The notes beneath the pieces are model-generated. The model saw only the letters and a program-made list of their open reading frames with translations, ran no database searches and had not been told where the DNA came from. The position numbers and the translations under genes are program-made. Shown here piece by piece: positions 1 to 9,323 of a stretch of 64,000 nucleotides of DNA. Position 1 is the first letter of the stretch. Every line of letters starts with the position of its first letter. The stretch is from Solirubrobacterales bacterium (GTDB lineage: Bacteria > Actinomycetota > Thermoleophilia > Solirubrobacterales > 70-9), in the NCBI GenBank assembly GCA_035693025.1, contig DASSHI010000038.1:41416-105415 (forward strand), given 5' to 3'.

Positions 1-1
1 C

Positions 2-811
2 GCCGGGATGGTGATCTTCCACCTCCACATCCTCTCCACCTTCCCGCTGGCGGTGCCGCTGGAGTGGAACGTCTTCATGATCTTCGGGCTGCTCTTCCTC
101 TTCGGCCACTACGGCGCGACGTCGTGGTCGACGCTCGACGATCCGCTGCTGCTGGTAATCCTCGCCCTCACCTGCGTCGGCCTGCCGGTGCTCGGCAACT
201 TCCGTCCCGACCTCGTCTCCTTCCTGCCCTCGATGCGTTACTACGCGGGCAACTGGGCGACCAGCCAGTGGCTCTTCCGTCGCGACGGCGGCGCGGAGGC
301 GAAGCTCGACGCGAACCTGGTCAAGCCGGCGTCGATCGTCACCGAGCAGCTCGCCAAGTTCTACGAGCCCGAGCTGATCGACGTGCTGGTCCACAAAGGG
401 CTCGCCTTTCGCTCGATGCACTCGCACGGGCGCGCGCTCAACGGGCTGGTGCTGCGGGCGGTCGACGACGTCGAGGACTACGACGTGCGCGAGGGCGAGC
501 TCGTCGCCGGCGTCGTGCTCGGCTACAACTTCGGCGACGGGCACTTCCACGACCAGCGCCTGCTCGCCGCCGTCCAGGAGCACTGTCGCTTCGAGCCCGG
601 GGAGGTGCGGGTGGTGGTGCTCGAGTCCCAGGCGGCGCACGTGCAGCGCCAGCGCTACCGGATCTTCGACGCGGCCGACGGCCTGGTCGAGGAGGGTTGG
701 GTGGACGTCGCCGACATGGTCGAGCGCCAGCCCTGGCTCGACGGGCGGCCGTTCCCGGTGCGGCCGCTCGAGTCGGCGGCGCGGGCGCCGGGGCCGGCCA
801 AGACGGCATGA
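2..811 (+). CDS. DUF3556-like integral membrane protein (5' end outside window)
   Basis: Frame is open to the window edge. The N-part is hydrophobic and the C-part soluble. The stop overlaps the next start (ATGA at 808-811). Confidence 0.6.
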   Translation, partial: AGMVIFHLHILSTFPLAVPLEWNVFMIFGLLFLFGHYGATSWSTLDDPLLLVILALTCVGLPVLGNFRPDLVSFLPSMRYYAGNWATSQWLFRRDGGAEAKLDANLVKPASIVTEQLAKFYEPELIDVLVHKGLAFRSMHSHGRALNGLVLRAVDDVEDYDVREGELVAGVVLGYNFGDGHFHDQRLLAAVQEHCRFEPGEVRVVVLESQAAHVQRQRYRIFDAADGLVEEGWVDVADMVERQPWLDGRPFPVRPLESAARAPGPAKTA

Positions 812-2229
812 GCGAGGCGATCGTCGTCGGGTCGGGCCCAAACGGGCTCGCCGCGGCCGCCACTCTCGCCGCGCGAGGGGTGGGGGTGACGGTGATCGAG
901 GCGGCGTCGAGGATCGGCGGCGGCGCCCGCACCAGCGAACTGACCCTGCCGGGCCTGCTGCACGACGACTGCTCGGCGTCCCACCCCTTCTCACCCGGCT
1001 CGCGGGCGCTGGCCCCGCTCGGCCTCGAGCGCCATGGCCTCGAGTGGGCCTGGGCGGAGATCGACCTCGCGCACCCGTTCGACGACGGCAGCGCGGCGAC
1101 GATGCAACGTTCGATCGAGGCGACCGCGGCCGGGCTCGGCCGAGCGGGCGCCGCCTGGAAGCGGCTCTTCGGCTCCTCCTCCACCCACTTCGACGCGCTC
1201 AGCGAAGACATCATGCGGCCGGTCGCGCGCCTGCCGCGGCATCCGCTTGCGCTGGCACGCTTCGCGCCCTCGGCGGCGGCGCCTGTCTCGCTGCTTGCCC
1301 GTGCCCTTCCGACCGAGCGGGCGAGAGCGCTCTTCGGCGGCACCGCCGCGCACTCGTTCAGCCCGTTCTCACGTCCCTTCAGCGCCGCCGCAGGCATGGC
1401 GCTGACCTGCGCCTGCCACAGCAACGGCTGGCCGGTCGCCCGCGGCGGCTCGGGGGCGATCGCCGCTGCCCTGGCCGTCTCGCTGCGCGAACACGGCGGC
1501 CGCATCGAGACCGGCCGGCCGCTCCGCTCGCTCGCCGAGCTGCCCGCCGTCGACGCCGTGATCTTCGACCTCGCCCCGGCGGCGGTCGCCGAGATCGCCG
1601 CCGATCGCCTGCCGTCGCGGACCGTGCGCGCCTATCGCCGCTACCGGCACGGGCCGGCCGCCTTCAAGGTCGACCTCGCGGTCGCGGGCGGCGTGCCCTG
1701 GGCCGCGGAGGCGGCGGGGCGGGCCGGAACCGTGCACGCGATCGGCTCCTACGAGGAGACGGTCGTCTCCGAGCGCGAGATCAACCGGGGCCGCATGCCC
1801 GAGCGCCCCTTCGTCCTCGTCGGCCAGCAGTACCTCGCCGACCCCTCGCGCTCGCGGGGCGACGTCCACCCCCTCTGGGCCTACGCCCACGTCCCGCACG
1901 GCTACACGGGCGACGCGACCGAGGCTCTGCTCGACCAGATCGAACGCTTCGCCCCCGGCCTGCGAGAGCGCATCCTCGCCCGCCACGTCCGCTCGCCCGC
2001 CGAGCTCGCCTCCTACAACCCCAACTACGTCGGCGGCGACATCGTCACCGGCGCCAACACCCCGCTGCAGTCGGTCTTCCGCCCACGGATCGCCCTCGAC
2101 CCCTACTCCACCGGTGCCCCCGGCCTCTTCATCTGCTCCGCCGCCACGCCCCCTTCAGCTGGAGCCCACGGCATGAACGGCTTCAACGCCGCCCAGTCCG
2201 TGCTCCGCCACCTGCGACGCCTCACGTAG
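808..2229 (+). CDS. NAD(P)/FAD-dependent oxidoreductase, phytoene desaturase (CrtI)-like
   Basis: The internal ATG at 808 gives an N-terminal Rossmann motif, IVVGSGPNGLAAAATLA..VTVIEA. The part of ORF 64..2229 upstream of 808 is Arg/Ala shadow sequence. Confidence 0.8.
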   Translation: MSEAIVVGSGPNGLAAAATLAARGVGVTVIEAASRIGGGARTSELTLPGLLHDDCSASHPFSPGSRALAPLGLERHGLEWAWAEIDLAHPFDDGSAATMQRSIEATAAGLGRAGAAWKRLFGSSSTHFDALSEDIMRPVARLPRHPLALARFAPSAAAPVSLLARALPTERARALFGGTAAHSFSPFSRPFSAAAGMALTCACHSNGWPVARGGSGAIAAALAVSLREHGGRIETGRPLRSLAELPAVDAVIFDLAPAAVAEIAADRLPSRTVRAYRRYRHGPAAFKVDLAVAGGVPWAAEAAGRAGTVHAIGSYEETVVSEREINRGRMPERPFVLVGQQYLADPSRSRGDVHPLWAYAHVPHGYTGDATEALLDQIERFAPGLRERILARHVRSPAELASYNPNYVGGDIVTGANTPLQSVFRPRIALDPYSTGAPGLFICSAATPPSAGAHGMNGFNAAQSVLRHLRRLT

Positions 2230-2342
2230 AGACCATCCCGGCAGGGGTGAAACGTCTTGTACTTTTTTGTTGAGCGCTAGCGGCGCCAGCTCAATCCCGG
2301 TCCACCAAAAAAGTTAAGTGAAACCCCTGCCGGGATGGTCTC
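2229..2342. repeat. Palindromic ~115-nt intergenic element, copy 1
   Basis: Perfect 20/20 terminal inverted repeat, GAGACCATCCCGGCAGGGGT / ACCCCTGCCGGGATGGTCTC. The conserved core is shared with 20538-20650 and 52570-52687. Confidence 0.85.
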
Positions 2343-2382
2343 CCTGACTGGCCGGAGGAGGCGGTCCCATAGATTTCGGCCG

Positions 2383-3156
2383 GTGAAGGCATTGGACGTA
2401 GAAGGTCTGGAGAAGCGCTACCCGACGGGGGTCGAGGCGCTGCGCGGCGTCTCGCTGGAGATCGAGCCGGGGGAGCTGTTCGGGCTGCTGGGGCCGAACG
2501 GAGCCGGCAAGTCGACGCTGATCCACTGCACGACCGGGCTGGCGCAGCCGACCGGCGGCTCGATCCGCGTCTTCGGCCACGACGCGATCGGCGCCTACGG
2601 CCCGGCGCGGCAGGCGGTCGGGCTGGCGCCGCAGGAGCCCAACCTCGACTGGTTCCTCACCGTGGAGGAGTCGCTCGATTACCACGCCGGCTATTTCGGC
2701 ATGCCCAAGCGCGAGCGGCGCGAGCGCACCGCCGAGCTGCTCGAGACCTTCTCGCTGACCGAGAAGGCCGACGAACGGACCCGCACGCTCTCCGGCGGGA
2801 TGAAACGGCGGTTGATCCTGGCGCGGGCGATGATGCATCGGCCACAGCTGCTGATCCTCGATGAGCCGACCGCCGGGGTCGACGTCGAGCTGCGGCTCGA
2901 GCTCTGGCACTACGTGCAGCGGATCAACCAGGAGGGAACGACGATCCTGCTCACGACCCACTACCTGGAGGAGGCCGAACAGCTCTGCGACCGGATTGCC
3001 TTCATCAACGAAGGCAGGATCGTCGGCGAGGGGACGAGCGCTTCGCTGGCCGCCCGCTACGGCGTCGCCACCCTCGAGGACGCCTACCTGACCCTGGTCG
3101 GCCGCAAGGAGCTCTCGCGCTCGCACGTTCCGGTCGAGCCGGAGGCCGTTTCTTGA
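2383..3156 (+). CDS. ABC transporter ATP-binding protein (ABC-2/DrrA-like)
   Basis: Walker A GPNGAGKST, signature LSGGMKRR and Walker B LLILDEPT. GTG 2383 was chosen because the ATG at 2335 lies inside the repeat arm; the start is uncertain. Confidence 0.85.
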   Translation: MKALDVEGLEKRYPTGVEALRGVSLEIEPGELFGLLGPNGAGKSTLIHCTTGLAQPTGGSIRVFGHDAIGAYGPARQAVGLAPQEPNLDWFLTVEESLDYHAGYFGMPKRERRERTAELLETFSLTEKADERTRTLSGGMKRRLILARAMMHRPQLLILDEPTAGVDVELRLELWHYVQRINQEGTTILLTTHYLEEAEQLCDRIAFINEGRIVGEGTSASLAARYGVATLEDAYLTLVGRKELSRSHVPVEPEAVS

Positions 3157-3920
3157 GCACCGCCCAGATCCGCTTCGCGACGCTCTGGCGGCGCGAGGTC
3201 AACCGCTTCATGAAGATCAAGAAACAGACGCTCGGCGCGCCGCTGCTCGAATCGTTCCTCTACATCAGCGTCTTCGGCGCGGCGCTCGGCTCACGGGTCG
3301 GTGAGCTACATGGGTTCGACTACATCGTCTTCGTCATCCCCGGGCTGATCATGATGTCGTTCTCGACCAACTCCTTCGCCAACAACTCGTCCTCGATCTT
3401 GCAGCAGAAATTCCAGGGGGCGATCCAGGACCAGCTCTCCTCGCCGGCCTCGCCGATGGAGCTGCTGCTCGCCTTCTCGTTCGGGGGCTTCACCCGCGGC
3501 CTGATCGTCGCCTCGCTGACCTTCGTCGCCTCCTCGCTGCTGGTCGACCTGCCGGTGGACAACGTGCTCGTGCTGATCCCGGCGCTCTTCCTGGTCGGCT
3601 TCTTCTTTGCCCAGCTAGGCGTGCTGATCGGCGTGCGCGCCGAACAGTTCGACGACGTCGCCTTCGCCCAGACCTTCGTCCTGCAGCCGCTGATCTTCCT
3701 CGGCGGCGTCTTCTACTCCGCCACCCTGCTGCCCGAGCCGTTCTCGACCCTGACCCACTTCAACCCGCTCTTCTACATGATCAACCTGGTCCGCTACGGC
3801 TTCATCGGCTACACCGAAGTCAGCGTCGCGCTCTCGCTGCTCGCGCTGACCGCGGCCACGGCGGCGCTCTTCCTCGTCAACCTGCGCCTCTTCAGCCGCG
3901 GTTATCGGCTGCGTGCGTAG
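3153..3920 (+). CDS. ABC-2 type transporter permease
   Basis: Six predicted TM segments. There is a 4-nt overlap with the upstream ATPase gene. The ABC-2 membrane-protein pattern is present. Confidence 0.8.
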   Translation: MSTAQIRFATLWRREVNRFMKIKKQTLGAPLLESFLYISVFGAALGSRVGELHGFDYIVFVIPGLIMMSFSTNSFANNSSSILQQKFQGAIQDQLSSPASPMELLLAFSFGGFTRGLIVASLTFVASSLLVDLPVDNVLVLIPALFLVGFFFAQLGVLIGVRAEQFDDVAFAQTFVLQPLIFLGGVFYSATLLPEPFSTLTHFNPLFYMINLVRYGFIGYTEVSVALSLLALTAATAALFLVNLRLFSRGYRLRA

Positions 3921-3991
3921 GCGTCGGCGGGCTTGATCGCGACCGCTTTAACCTCTACCGTTCCCCGTCCAAATCGTCGTGCGCTCCCGGC

Positions 3992-4591
3992 GTGGATGGG
4001 TCAGCGCAGAAAGGAATCGAATTGAGTAATTCTCGTCTACGCCCGGCTTCGGGCAAGGCAGTGCTGTCGCTCGTGGTCATCGCATTGGTCTCCCTGGGGG
4101 CGTTTGCCTCTGCGGCCTCGGCGGGCACGGTGCCGACGGTCTTCATCAAAGATGGCAAGGGGGGGCTTCGCTTCGAAGCGCCGAAGACGATCGCCGACGG
4201 AGAAGAACTGGCGGTGGTCAATACGACCAACCCGCACAAAGTCGGTCCGCACACGTTCTCGCTGGTCACCAAGGGGTCGATCCCGAAGACCCCGAAGCAG
4301 CGCCAGCTCTGCTTCACCCCGCATCACATCTGCAAGGCGATCGCCGGTTGGCATGGCGCCAAGGGCAACGGGCCACCGAAGATCAACCCGGTCGACGCCG
4401 GCCCCGAAGGCTGGAGCACGATGGGCAGCCTGACCAAGGAAGGCGACTCCTGGTTCACCGGCGAGAAGCCGGGCACCTCGATCAAGGAGAAGGTCGACGT
4501 CGACACCTCGGGGGGAGCGACGCGGATCTACTTCGTCTGCGCGGTCCATCCCTGGATGCACGGTTCGATCAACGTCCTGCCGGAAGGCTAG
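3992..4591 (+). CDS. Secreted/anchored cupredoxin (type-1 blue copper) protein
   Basis: N-terminal hydrophobic signal. Copper ligands are GPHTF ... CAVHPWMHG (Cys-x2-His-x2-Met). An alternative TTG start at 4022 follows an AAAGGAA Shine-Dalgarno sequence. Confidence 0.7.
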   Translation: MDGSAQKGIELSNSRLRPASGKAVLSLVVIALVSLGAFASAASAGTVPTVFIKDGKGGLRFEAPKTIADGEELAVVNTTNPHKVGPHTFSLVTKGSIPKTPKQRQLCFTPHHICKAIAGWHGAKGNGPPKINPVDAGPEGWSTMGSLTKEGDSWFTGEKPGTSIKEKVDVDTSGGATRIYFVCAVHPWMHGSINVLPEG

Positions 4592-4623
4592 CGACGGCTG
4601 GACCTTCGCAGTCCTCGCCGCGT

Positions 4624-6183
4624 CTGGGGCGCCGAGCTTTCCTCGGCGCCCTGGGCGGCGGCGCGCTCGCGGCGCTGCTGCCCTCCGGGCTGCGTCCGAG
4701 CGGCTTCACCCCGGCCACGGCGCGGGCGGGGCGGCTTGCCGCGCCGCCGCCCTTTCGGGACCCGCTGCCGATTCCGCGCGAGTTGCGCGAGGCGAAGCTC
4801 GACATCCCGATCCGCGAGGCGGAGGTCTCGATCCTGCCCGGTCGCCCGACGCGGATGTGGACCTATGACGGCAGCTTCCCCGGCCCGACGATCCGGCGCC
4901 CGGCCGGCCACCGCACCGAGGTCACGTTCCACCACCAGCTCTCGCCGAAGGTAGGCGAGCTGTCCGTCCACCTGCACGGTGGCCACAACCGCACCCAGTT
5001 CGACGGCCGGCCCGGCGGCCTCACCAGCTCCCAACCCCGCTCCTTCTACTGCCACATCCCCAGCGGCCTCTCGCCGCGCGAGTCGGGCAACGACGTGCTG
5101 ATCGAGCCGGGTGGGCGCCGGCGCTACGTCTGGGACCTGATGGAGGACGGCCGGCCCGAGCGGGCGGCGATGCAGTGGTACCACGACCACCGCCTCGACC
5201 ACACCGGCCGCAACGTCTGGCACGGCCTGGCGGGCATCTTCATCGTCGACGACGAGCTCGACGCCTCGCTGCCATTGCCGCGCGGCGAGCGCGACATCCC
5301 GCTGATGATCGCCGACCGCAGCTTCGACCGGCACAACCAGCTGACCGATCCCTTCACCGGGCTGCGACCGCCTGCTGACGGAGTCGTCGGCCACCGCGTC
5401 CTCGTCAACGGCGCTTACATGCCGCACCACCGCGTGACGCCGCAGCGCTACCGGTTGCGTCTGCTCAACGTCTCCGGCTTCCGCGCCTACGACGTCCACC
5501 TCTCCAACGGCGCGCCGCTGATCCAGATCGGCACCGACAGCGGCCTGATGCCGAAGCCCGTGCGCCGCAGCCACGTCCTGCTCGGGCCGGCCGAGCGAGC
5601 CGAGGTGATCGTCGACTTCGCCGGCGCCCGCGGCGAGACGGTAGAGCTGCGCAGCGGGCCGCGCCACGACGGGCACGACGGCGCCGGCTCGCGCCCCTAC
5701 ATCGGCGCCCTGATGCAGTTCAAGGTCGGCTCGCGGGGGATGCCCGACCACACCCGCGTGCCGCGCAGGCTGCGCCCGCTGCCGGCCTGGACCAAGCATG
5801 TCTCCCACAAGCCCGACCACACCTGGACGATCACGATCGGCGGCCTCTTCAAGCCGACCTGGCTGATCAACGGCCGCACCTACAACCCTGCCTACGCCGA
5901 CGCCTTCCCCAAGCTGGGGGAGACCGTCACCTGGCAGCTGGTCAATCGCACCGGCGTAGCCCATCTGATGCACCTGCACCACACCGACTGGTACCTGCTG
6001 GCGCGCAATGGCAAGCCGCCGCCGCCCTGGGAAGACTGCCTCAAGGAGACCTTCTTCCTCTATCCGGGCGAACGGATCCTGCTGGCGGGTCACTTCGCCG
6101 ACTACACCGGCAAGTTCGTCATCCACTGCCACATGCTCGACCACGAGGACCACGGCCTGATGAGCCAGTTCGAGGTCGTCTGA
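4624..6183 (+). CDS. Multicopper oxidase (CueO/CotA/bilirubin-oxidase type), TAT-exported
   Basis: Copper motifs HLHG, WYHDH, HLMHLHH and HCHMLDHEDHGLM, plus a twin-arginine motif GRRAFLG. The start is placed at CTG 4624 because no ATG/GTG/TTG is in frame after the upstream gene ends. Confidence 0.8.
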   Translation: MGRRAFLGALGGGALAALLPSGLRPSGFTPATARAGRLAAPPPFRDPLPIPRELREAKLDIPIREAEVSILPGRPTRMWTYDGSFPGPTIRRPAGHRTEVTFHHQLSPKVGELSVHLHGGHNRTQFDGRPGGLTSSQPRSFYCHIPSGLSPRESGNDVLIEPGGRRRYVWDLMEDGRPERAAMQWYHDHRLDHTGRNVWHGLAGIFIVDDELDASLPLPRGERDIPLMIADRSFDRHNQLTDPFTGLRPPADGVVGHRVLVNGAYMPHHRVTPQRYRLRLLNVSGFRAYDVHLSNGAPLIQIGTDSGLMPKPVRRSHVLLGPAERAEVIVDFAGARGETVELRSGPRHDGHDGAGSRPYIGALMQFKVGSRGMPDHTRVPRRLRPLPAWTKHVSHKPDHTWTITIGGLFKPTWLINGRTYNPAYADAFPKLGETVTWQLVNRTGVAHLMHLHHTDWYLLARNGKPPPPWEDCLKETFFLYPGERILLAGHFADYTGKFVIHCHMLDHEDHGLMSQFEVV

Positions 6184-6195
6184 CGTCAGCCGGGC

Positions 6196-7500
6196 TCAGC
6201 TCGGGTTGGCGACGAGCACTTCGCCCTCGTCGTCGGGCAGGACGAGGATCGCGCCCTCGCCCGAGGCGTAGGCCTCCTCGCCGTGCTGGACGACGTCCAT
6301 GCCGATCGCCTCGTCGTGCTCGCCGGCGCGCAGTGGAACGAAGACGCTCATCGCCCGCAGCAGGAGGTAGGTCATGCCGAACGCGTAGAGCGGCGTGACC
6401 AGGGCGGCCAGCGCCTGGTCGCCAAGTTGCGAGGCATTGCCGAAGAAGAGGCCGTCGGAGACGCCGTTCCAGGCGGCCGAGGCGAAGAAGCCGATGAAGA
6501 GAATTCCGGTGAAGCCGGCGACGCCGTGCGCAGCCAGCACGTCGAGCGTCTCGTCGACCCTCGTGCGCGGGCGCCAGACGATCATCGCGTAGCAGGGCAG
6601 GGCGCCGACGGCGCCGAGCACCATCGCCCAGCCGGGGCTGACGAAGGCGCCCGCGGGAGTGATCAGCACGCAGCCGACGATGATCGCGGTGGCGGCGCCG
6701 ATCGCCGTCACCTTGCGGCCGCGGAACAGATCGAGCAGGAACCAGACGACGAGCGAGCAGGCCGGGGTCAGCAGCGTGTTGACGAAGGCGAGCACGCTCG
6801 GGTTGCCGGTCGAGAAGCCGCTGCCGCCGTTGAAGCCGAACCAGCCGAACCAGAGCAGCCCGGCGCCGAGCAGCACGTACATCGCGTTGTGCGGCAGCAG
6901 CGCCTGGCGGCCGTAGTCCTTGCGCGCGCCGACGACCACCGCGGCGGCCAGGGCCGAGAAGCCCGAGCCCATCTCGACCGGGATGCCGCCGGCGAAGTCG
7001 AGCGTTCCGTTGGCGGAGAGCCAGCCGCCGCCGAAGGACCAGTGGGCGAGGACCGAGTAGACGAGGATCGACCAGAGGGCGACGAAGATCAGGAAGGGCC
7101 CGAAGCGCATCCGCTCGACCACCGCGCCGGAGACCAGTGCGGCGGTGATGATGCAGAAGGTCGCCTGGAAGGCGAAGAAGAGGAGATGGGGGATCGTGGT
7201 CCCTTCGCGGGGCAGGAAGGTGACGTCGTGCAGGCCGACGTAGTTCAGGCCACCGATGATCGAGCCGCTGCCGTCGAAGGCGAGCGAGTAGCCGACCAGC
7301 GCCCAGACGACGCCGGCGACAGCGATCGCACCGATGCACATCATGAAGGTGTTGAGGGTGTTCTTCGAGCGCACCAGGCCGGCGTAGAAGAGGCCGAGCG
7401 CCGGGGTCATCATCAGCACCAGCGCGGTGGCGACGAACATCCAGGCGGTGTCGCCGGTGTCGATTCCCGCGGCCGCGGCCGCGATCGGCAGGCCGCTCAC
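6196..7500 (-). CDS. amt: Ammonium transporter (Amt family)
   Basis: 434 aa with about 11 TM segments. Typical Amt N-terminus DTAWMFVATALVLMMTPALGLFYAG. Confidence 0.9.
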   Translation of the reverse strand: MSGLPIAAAAAGIDTGDTAWMFVATALVLMMTPALGLFYAGLVRSKNTLNTFMMCIGAIAVAGVVWALVGYSLAFDGSGSIIGGLNYVGLHDVTFLPREGTTIPHLLFFAFQATFCIITAALVSGAVVERMRFGPFLIFVALWSILVYSVLAHWSFGGGWLSANGTLDFAGGIPVEMGSGFSALAAAVVVGARKDYGRQALLPHNAMYVLLGAGLLWFGWFGFNGGSGFSTGNPSVLAFVNTLLTPACSLVVWFLLDLFRGRKVTAIGAATAIIVGCVLITPAGAFVSPGWAMVLGAVGALPCYAMIVWRPRTRVDETLDVLAAHGVAGFTGILFIGFFASAAWNGVSDGLFFGNASQLGDQALAALVTPLYAFGMTYLLLRAMSVFVPLRAGEHDEAIGMDVVQHGEEAYASGEGAILVLPDDEGEVLVANPS

Positions 7501-7850
7501 TTCGCCACCGGCGTAACCGCAGCCTGGTCGGACTCGCCGGTGCGGATGCGCACCGCCCGCTCCAACGGCACGACGAAGATCTTGCCGTCGCCGACCTCGC
7601 CGGTGCGCCCGCCGTCGCAGAGCGCTTCGATCGTCGCCTCGACGAACTCGTCGGAGACGGCGATCTCGAAGCGCGTCTTGTCCTCGAGGCCCACCTTGAC
7701 CGTCGTTCCGCGGTAGGTCTCGACCCGGTCGAGCTCGCCGCCATGGCCCTGCACGCGGCTCATCGAGACGCCGCGGACCTCGGCCCGGTAGAGGGCCTCC
7801 AGCACGTCGTTCGCCTTCTCCGGGCGCACGATTCCGATCACCAGCTTCAA
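7497..7850 (-). CDS. glnK: P-II nitrogen regulatory protein
   Basis: A TTG start preceded by GGGAGGAG gives MKLVIGIVRP, the canonical P-II N-terminus. T-loop Tyr is present in ETYRGT. There is a 4-nt overlap with amt. Confidence 0.85.
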   Translation of the reverse strand: MKLVIGIVRPEKANDVLEALYRAEVRGVSMSRVQGHGGELDRVETYRGTTVKVGLEDKTRFEIAVSDEFVEATIEALCDGGRTGEVGDGKIFVVPLERAVRIRTGESDQAAVTPVAK

Positions 7851-7896
7851 GAGGTCTCCTCCCGTTCCCAAGCCAAAGCAGTGGCAGGCTAACCGC

Positions 7897-8649
7897 TTAG
7901 GAGCGTCTGTGCACTTCGGTTGCGGTCGCCTGGTCGCGCGGGCGGACGACGATCTCGTCGACGTTGACGTGGGAGGGCTGGGCGATCGCCCAACGGATGC
8001 ACTCGGCGACGTCGGCCGCGCTCAGCGGCTTCATGCCCTCGTATACGCGGCGGGCGGCCTCCTTGTCGCCGCCGAAGCGGACCAGGGAGAACTCGGTCTC
8101 GACCATGCCGGGCGCTATCTCCGTCACCCGCACCGGCTCGCCCAGCAGCTCGAGCCGCAGGGTGCGCAGCAGCGAGCGCTGCGCGTGCTTGGCGGCGATG
8201 TAGCCGGAACCGCCGCGGTAGGACTCGAAGCCGGCGATGCTGGTGACGGTGACGACGTGGCCATCGCCAGATTCGATCAGGCGCGGCAGCAGCGCCCGCG
8301 TCATCCGCATCGTGCCGAGCACGTTCGACTCGTACATCGTGCGCCACTTCTCCTCGTCGGCTGCGGCCAGTGGCTCGAGTCCGAGCGCGCCGCCGGCGTT
8401 GTTGACGAGCACGTCGCAGCGCGGGATGCGGTTGCAGAACTCGGTAACCGAATCCGGCTCGGTGACGTCGAGTCGATACGCGTCGCCGCCGACTTCCGCC
8501 GCGACCTCATCCAGTCGCTCGCTGCGGCGGGCACCGAGCACGACCCGGAAGCCGTCGCGAGCGAGGGCCCGCGCCGCAGCCGCTCCGATGCCGCTGGACG
8601 CCCCCGTGATCACCGCAAATTGCGTCATCTCGGCGAGCGTACTAAGCAC
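7897..8649 (-). CDS. SDR family oxidoreductase
   Basis: TGASSGIGAA cofactor motif and YIAAK catalytic motif. Confidence 0.85.
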   Translation of the reverse strand: MLSTLAEMTQFAVITGASSGIGAAAARALARDGFRVVLGARRSERLDEVAAEVGGDAYRLDVTEPDSVTEFCNRIPRCDVLVNNAGGALGLEPLAAADEEKWRTMYESNVLGTMRMTRALLPRLIESGDGHVVTVTSIAGFESYRGGSGYIAAKHAQRSLLRTLRLELLGEPVRVTEIAPGMVETEFSLVRFGGDKEAARRVYEGMKPLSAADVAECIRWAIAQPSHVNVDEIVVRPRDQATATEVHRRS

Positions 8650-8723
8650 GGGCGGGGAGAGATCTCGGCGCCAGGGCCTTGGCTGGGCATGACGACATCT
8701 TCCTTGTATGCCATATTTATGCC

Positions 8724-8927
8724 ATGCGAACCACGCTCGACCTGGACGACGCTCTCATGGAGGCGCTGATGGCCCGGTATCCCGAGCTGAGCAAGACCAA
8801 GGCCGTGGAGGCCGCGATCGAGGAGCATGTCCGTCGTGGCGCGGTCGACTGGCTGCTGAAAAATGCCGGGAAGATCGACATCGAAGACGTCTCCAAGGAG
8901 ATGCGCGCGATCGACCGGCATATCTGA
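8724..8927 (+). CDS. vapB: Type II antitoxin, VapB-like
   Basis: MRTTLDLDDALMEAL N-terminus typical of VapB/DUF2191 antitoxins. The stop overlaps the vapC start (TGATG). Confidence 0.7.
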   Translation: MRTTLDLDDALMEALMARYPELSKTKAVEAAIEEHVRRGAVDWLLKNAGKIDIEDVSKEMRAIDRHI

Positions 8928-9316
8928 TGGTCCTGCCGGATACCTCTGTATGGGTCGACTACTCCCGTCGCGGCCTCAAGGGAGAGAGTGTGGGTATGCG
9001 CGACCTTTTGGACCGCGGGGAAATCGTTACCTGCGGGCCGGTGGCAGCTGAGTTGCTGGTGGGTGCCGATGGCGACGTCGCAGAGCAGATGTGGGGCATG
9101 TTGTCGTCCATACCCTGGGTGCAGCTGCCGACGATGAGCTGGCGAGAGGTAGGGCGGCTCGGCCACCTCCTGCGCCAAGCCGGCGAGACCCTGCCGCTCA
9201 CCGACCTTACGATCGCCGTCGCCGCGGCGCGCGGCGGCCACGTGCTGTGGAGTCTCGATTCCGACTTCGAGCGGATCGCCTCGGCTCTCGACGGACTGCA
9301 GCTGTACGGCGCCTGA
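8927..9316 (+). CDS. vapC: Type II toxin, PIN-domain ribonuclease VapC
   Basis: MVLPDTSVWVDY N-terminus carrying the PIN acidic residue. C-terminal LWSLDSDFERI motif. Confidence 0.8.
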   Translation: MVLPDTSVWVDYSRRGLKGESVGMRDLLDRGEIVTCGPVAAELLVGADGDVAEQMWGMLSSIPWVQLPTMSWREVGRLGHLLRQAGETLPLTDLTIAVAAARGGHVLWSLDSDFERIASALDGLQLYGA

Positions 9317-9323
9317 GCTTCGG

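Noticed and set aside
2229-2342. Calling the 115-nt palindromic element a MITE or mobile_element outright.
   Set aside because: I see no direct target-site duplications flanking any copy, and no transposase in the window. The terminal bases co-vary as a stem rather than being fixed TIRs. It is therefore kept as a repeat of unknown mechanism.
2335-2382. The ATG at 2335 as the start of the ABC ATPase (the longest ORF).
   Set aside because: That ATG lies inside the right arm of the palindromic repeat, and the extension (MVSLTGRRRRSHRFRP) is not ABC-like. GTG 2383 gives a typical N-terminus, though this remains uncertain.
7497-7871. The glnK-before-amt gene order as an anomaly.
   Set aside because: Both orders occur in bacteria, and the 4-nt overlap and intact motifs indicate an ordinary nitrogen-uptake operon.
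8724-9316. vapBC as a marker of a genomic island or defence locus.
   Set aside because: It is a single canonical VapB-VapC pair flanked by housekeeping genes (an SDR gene and glyoxalase). There is no integrase, tRNA, repeats or GC shift nearby.
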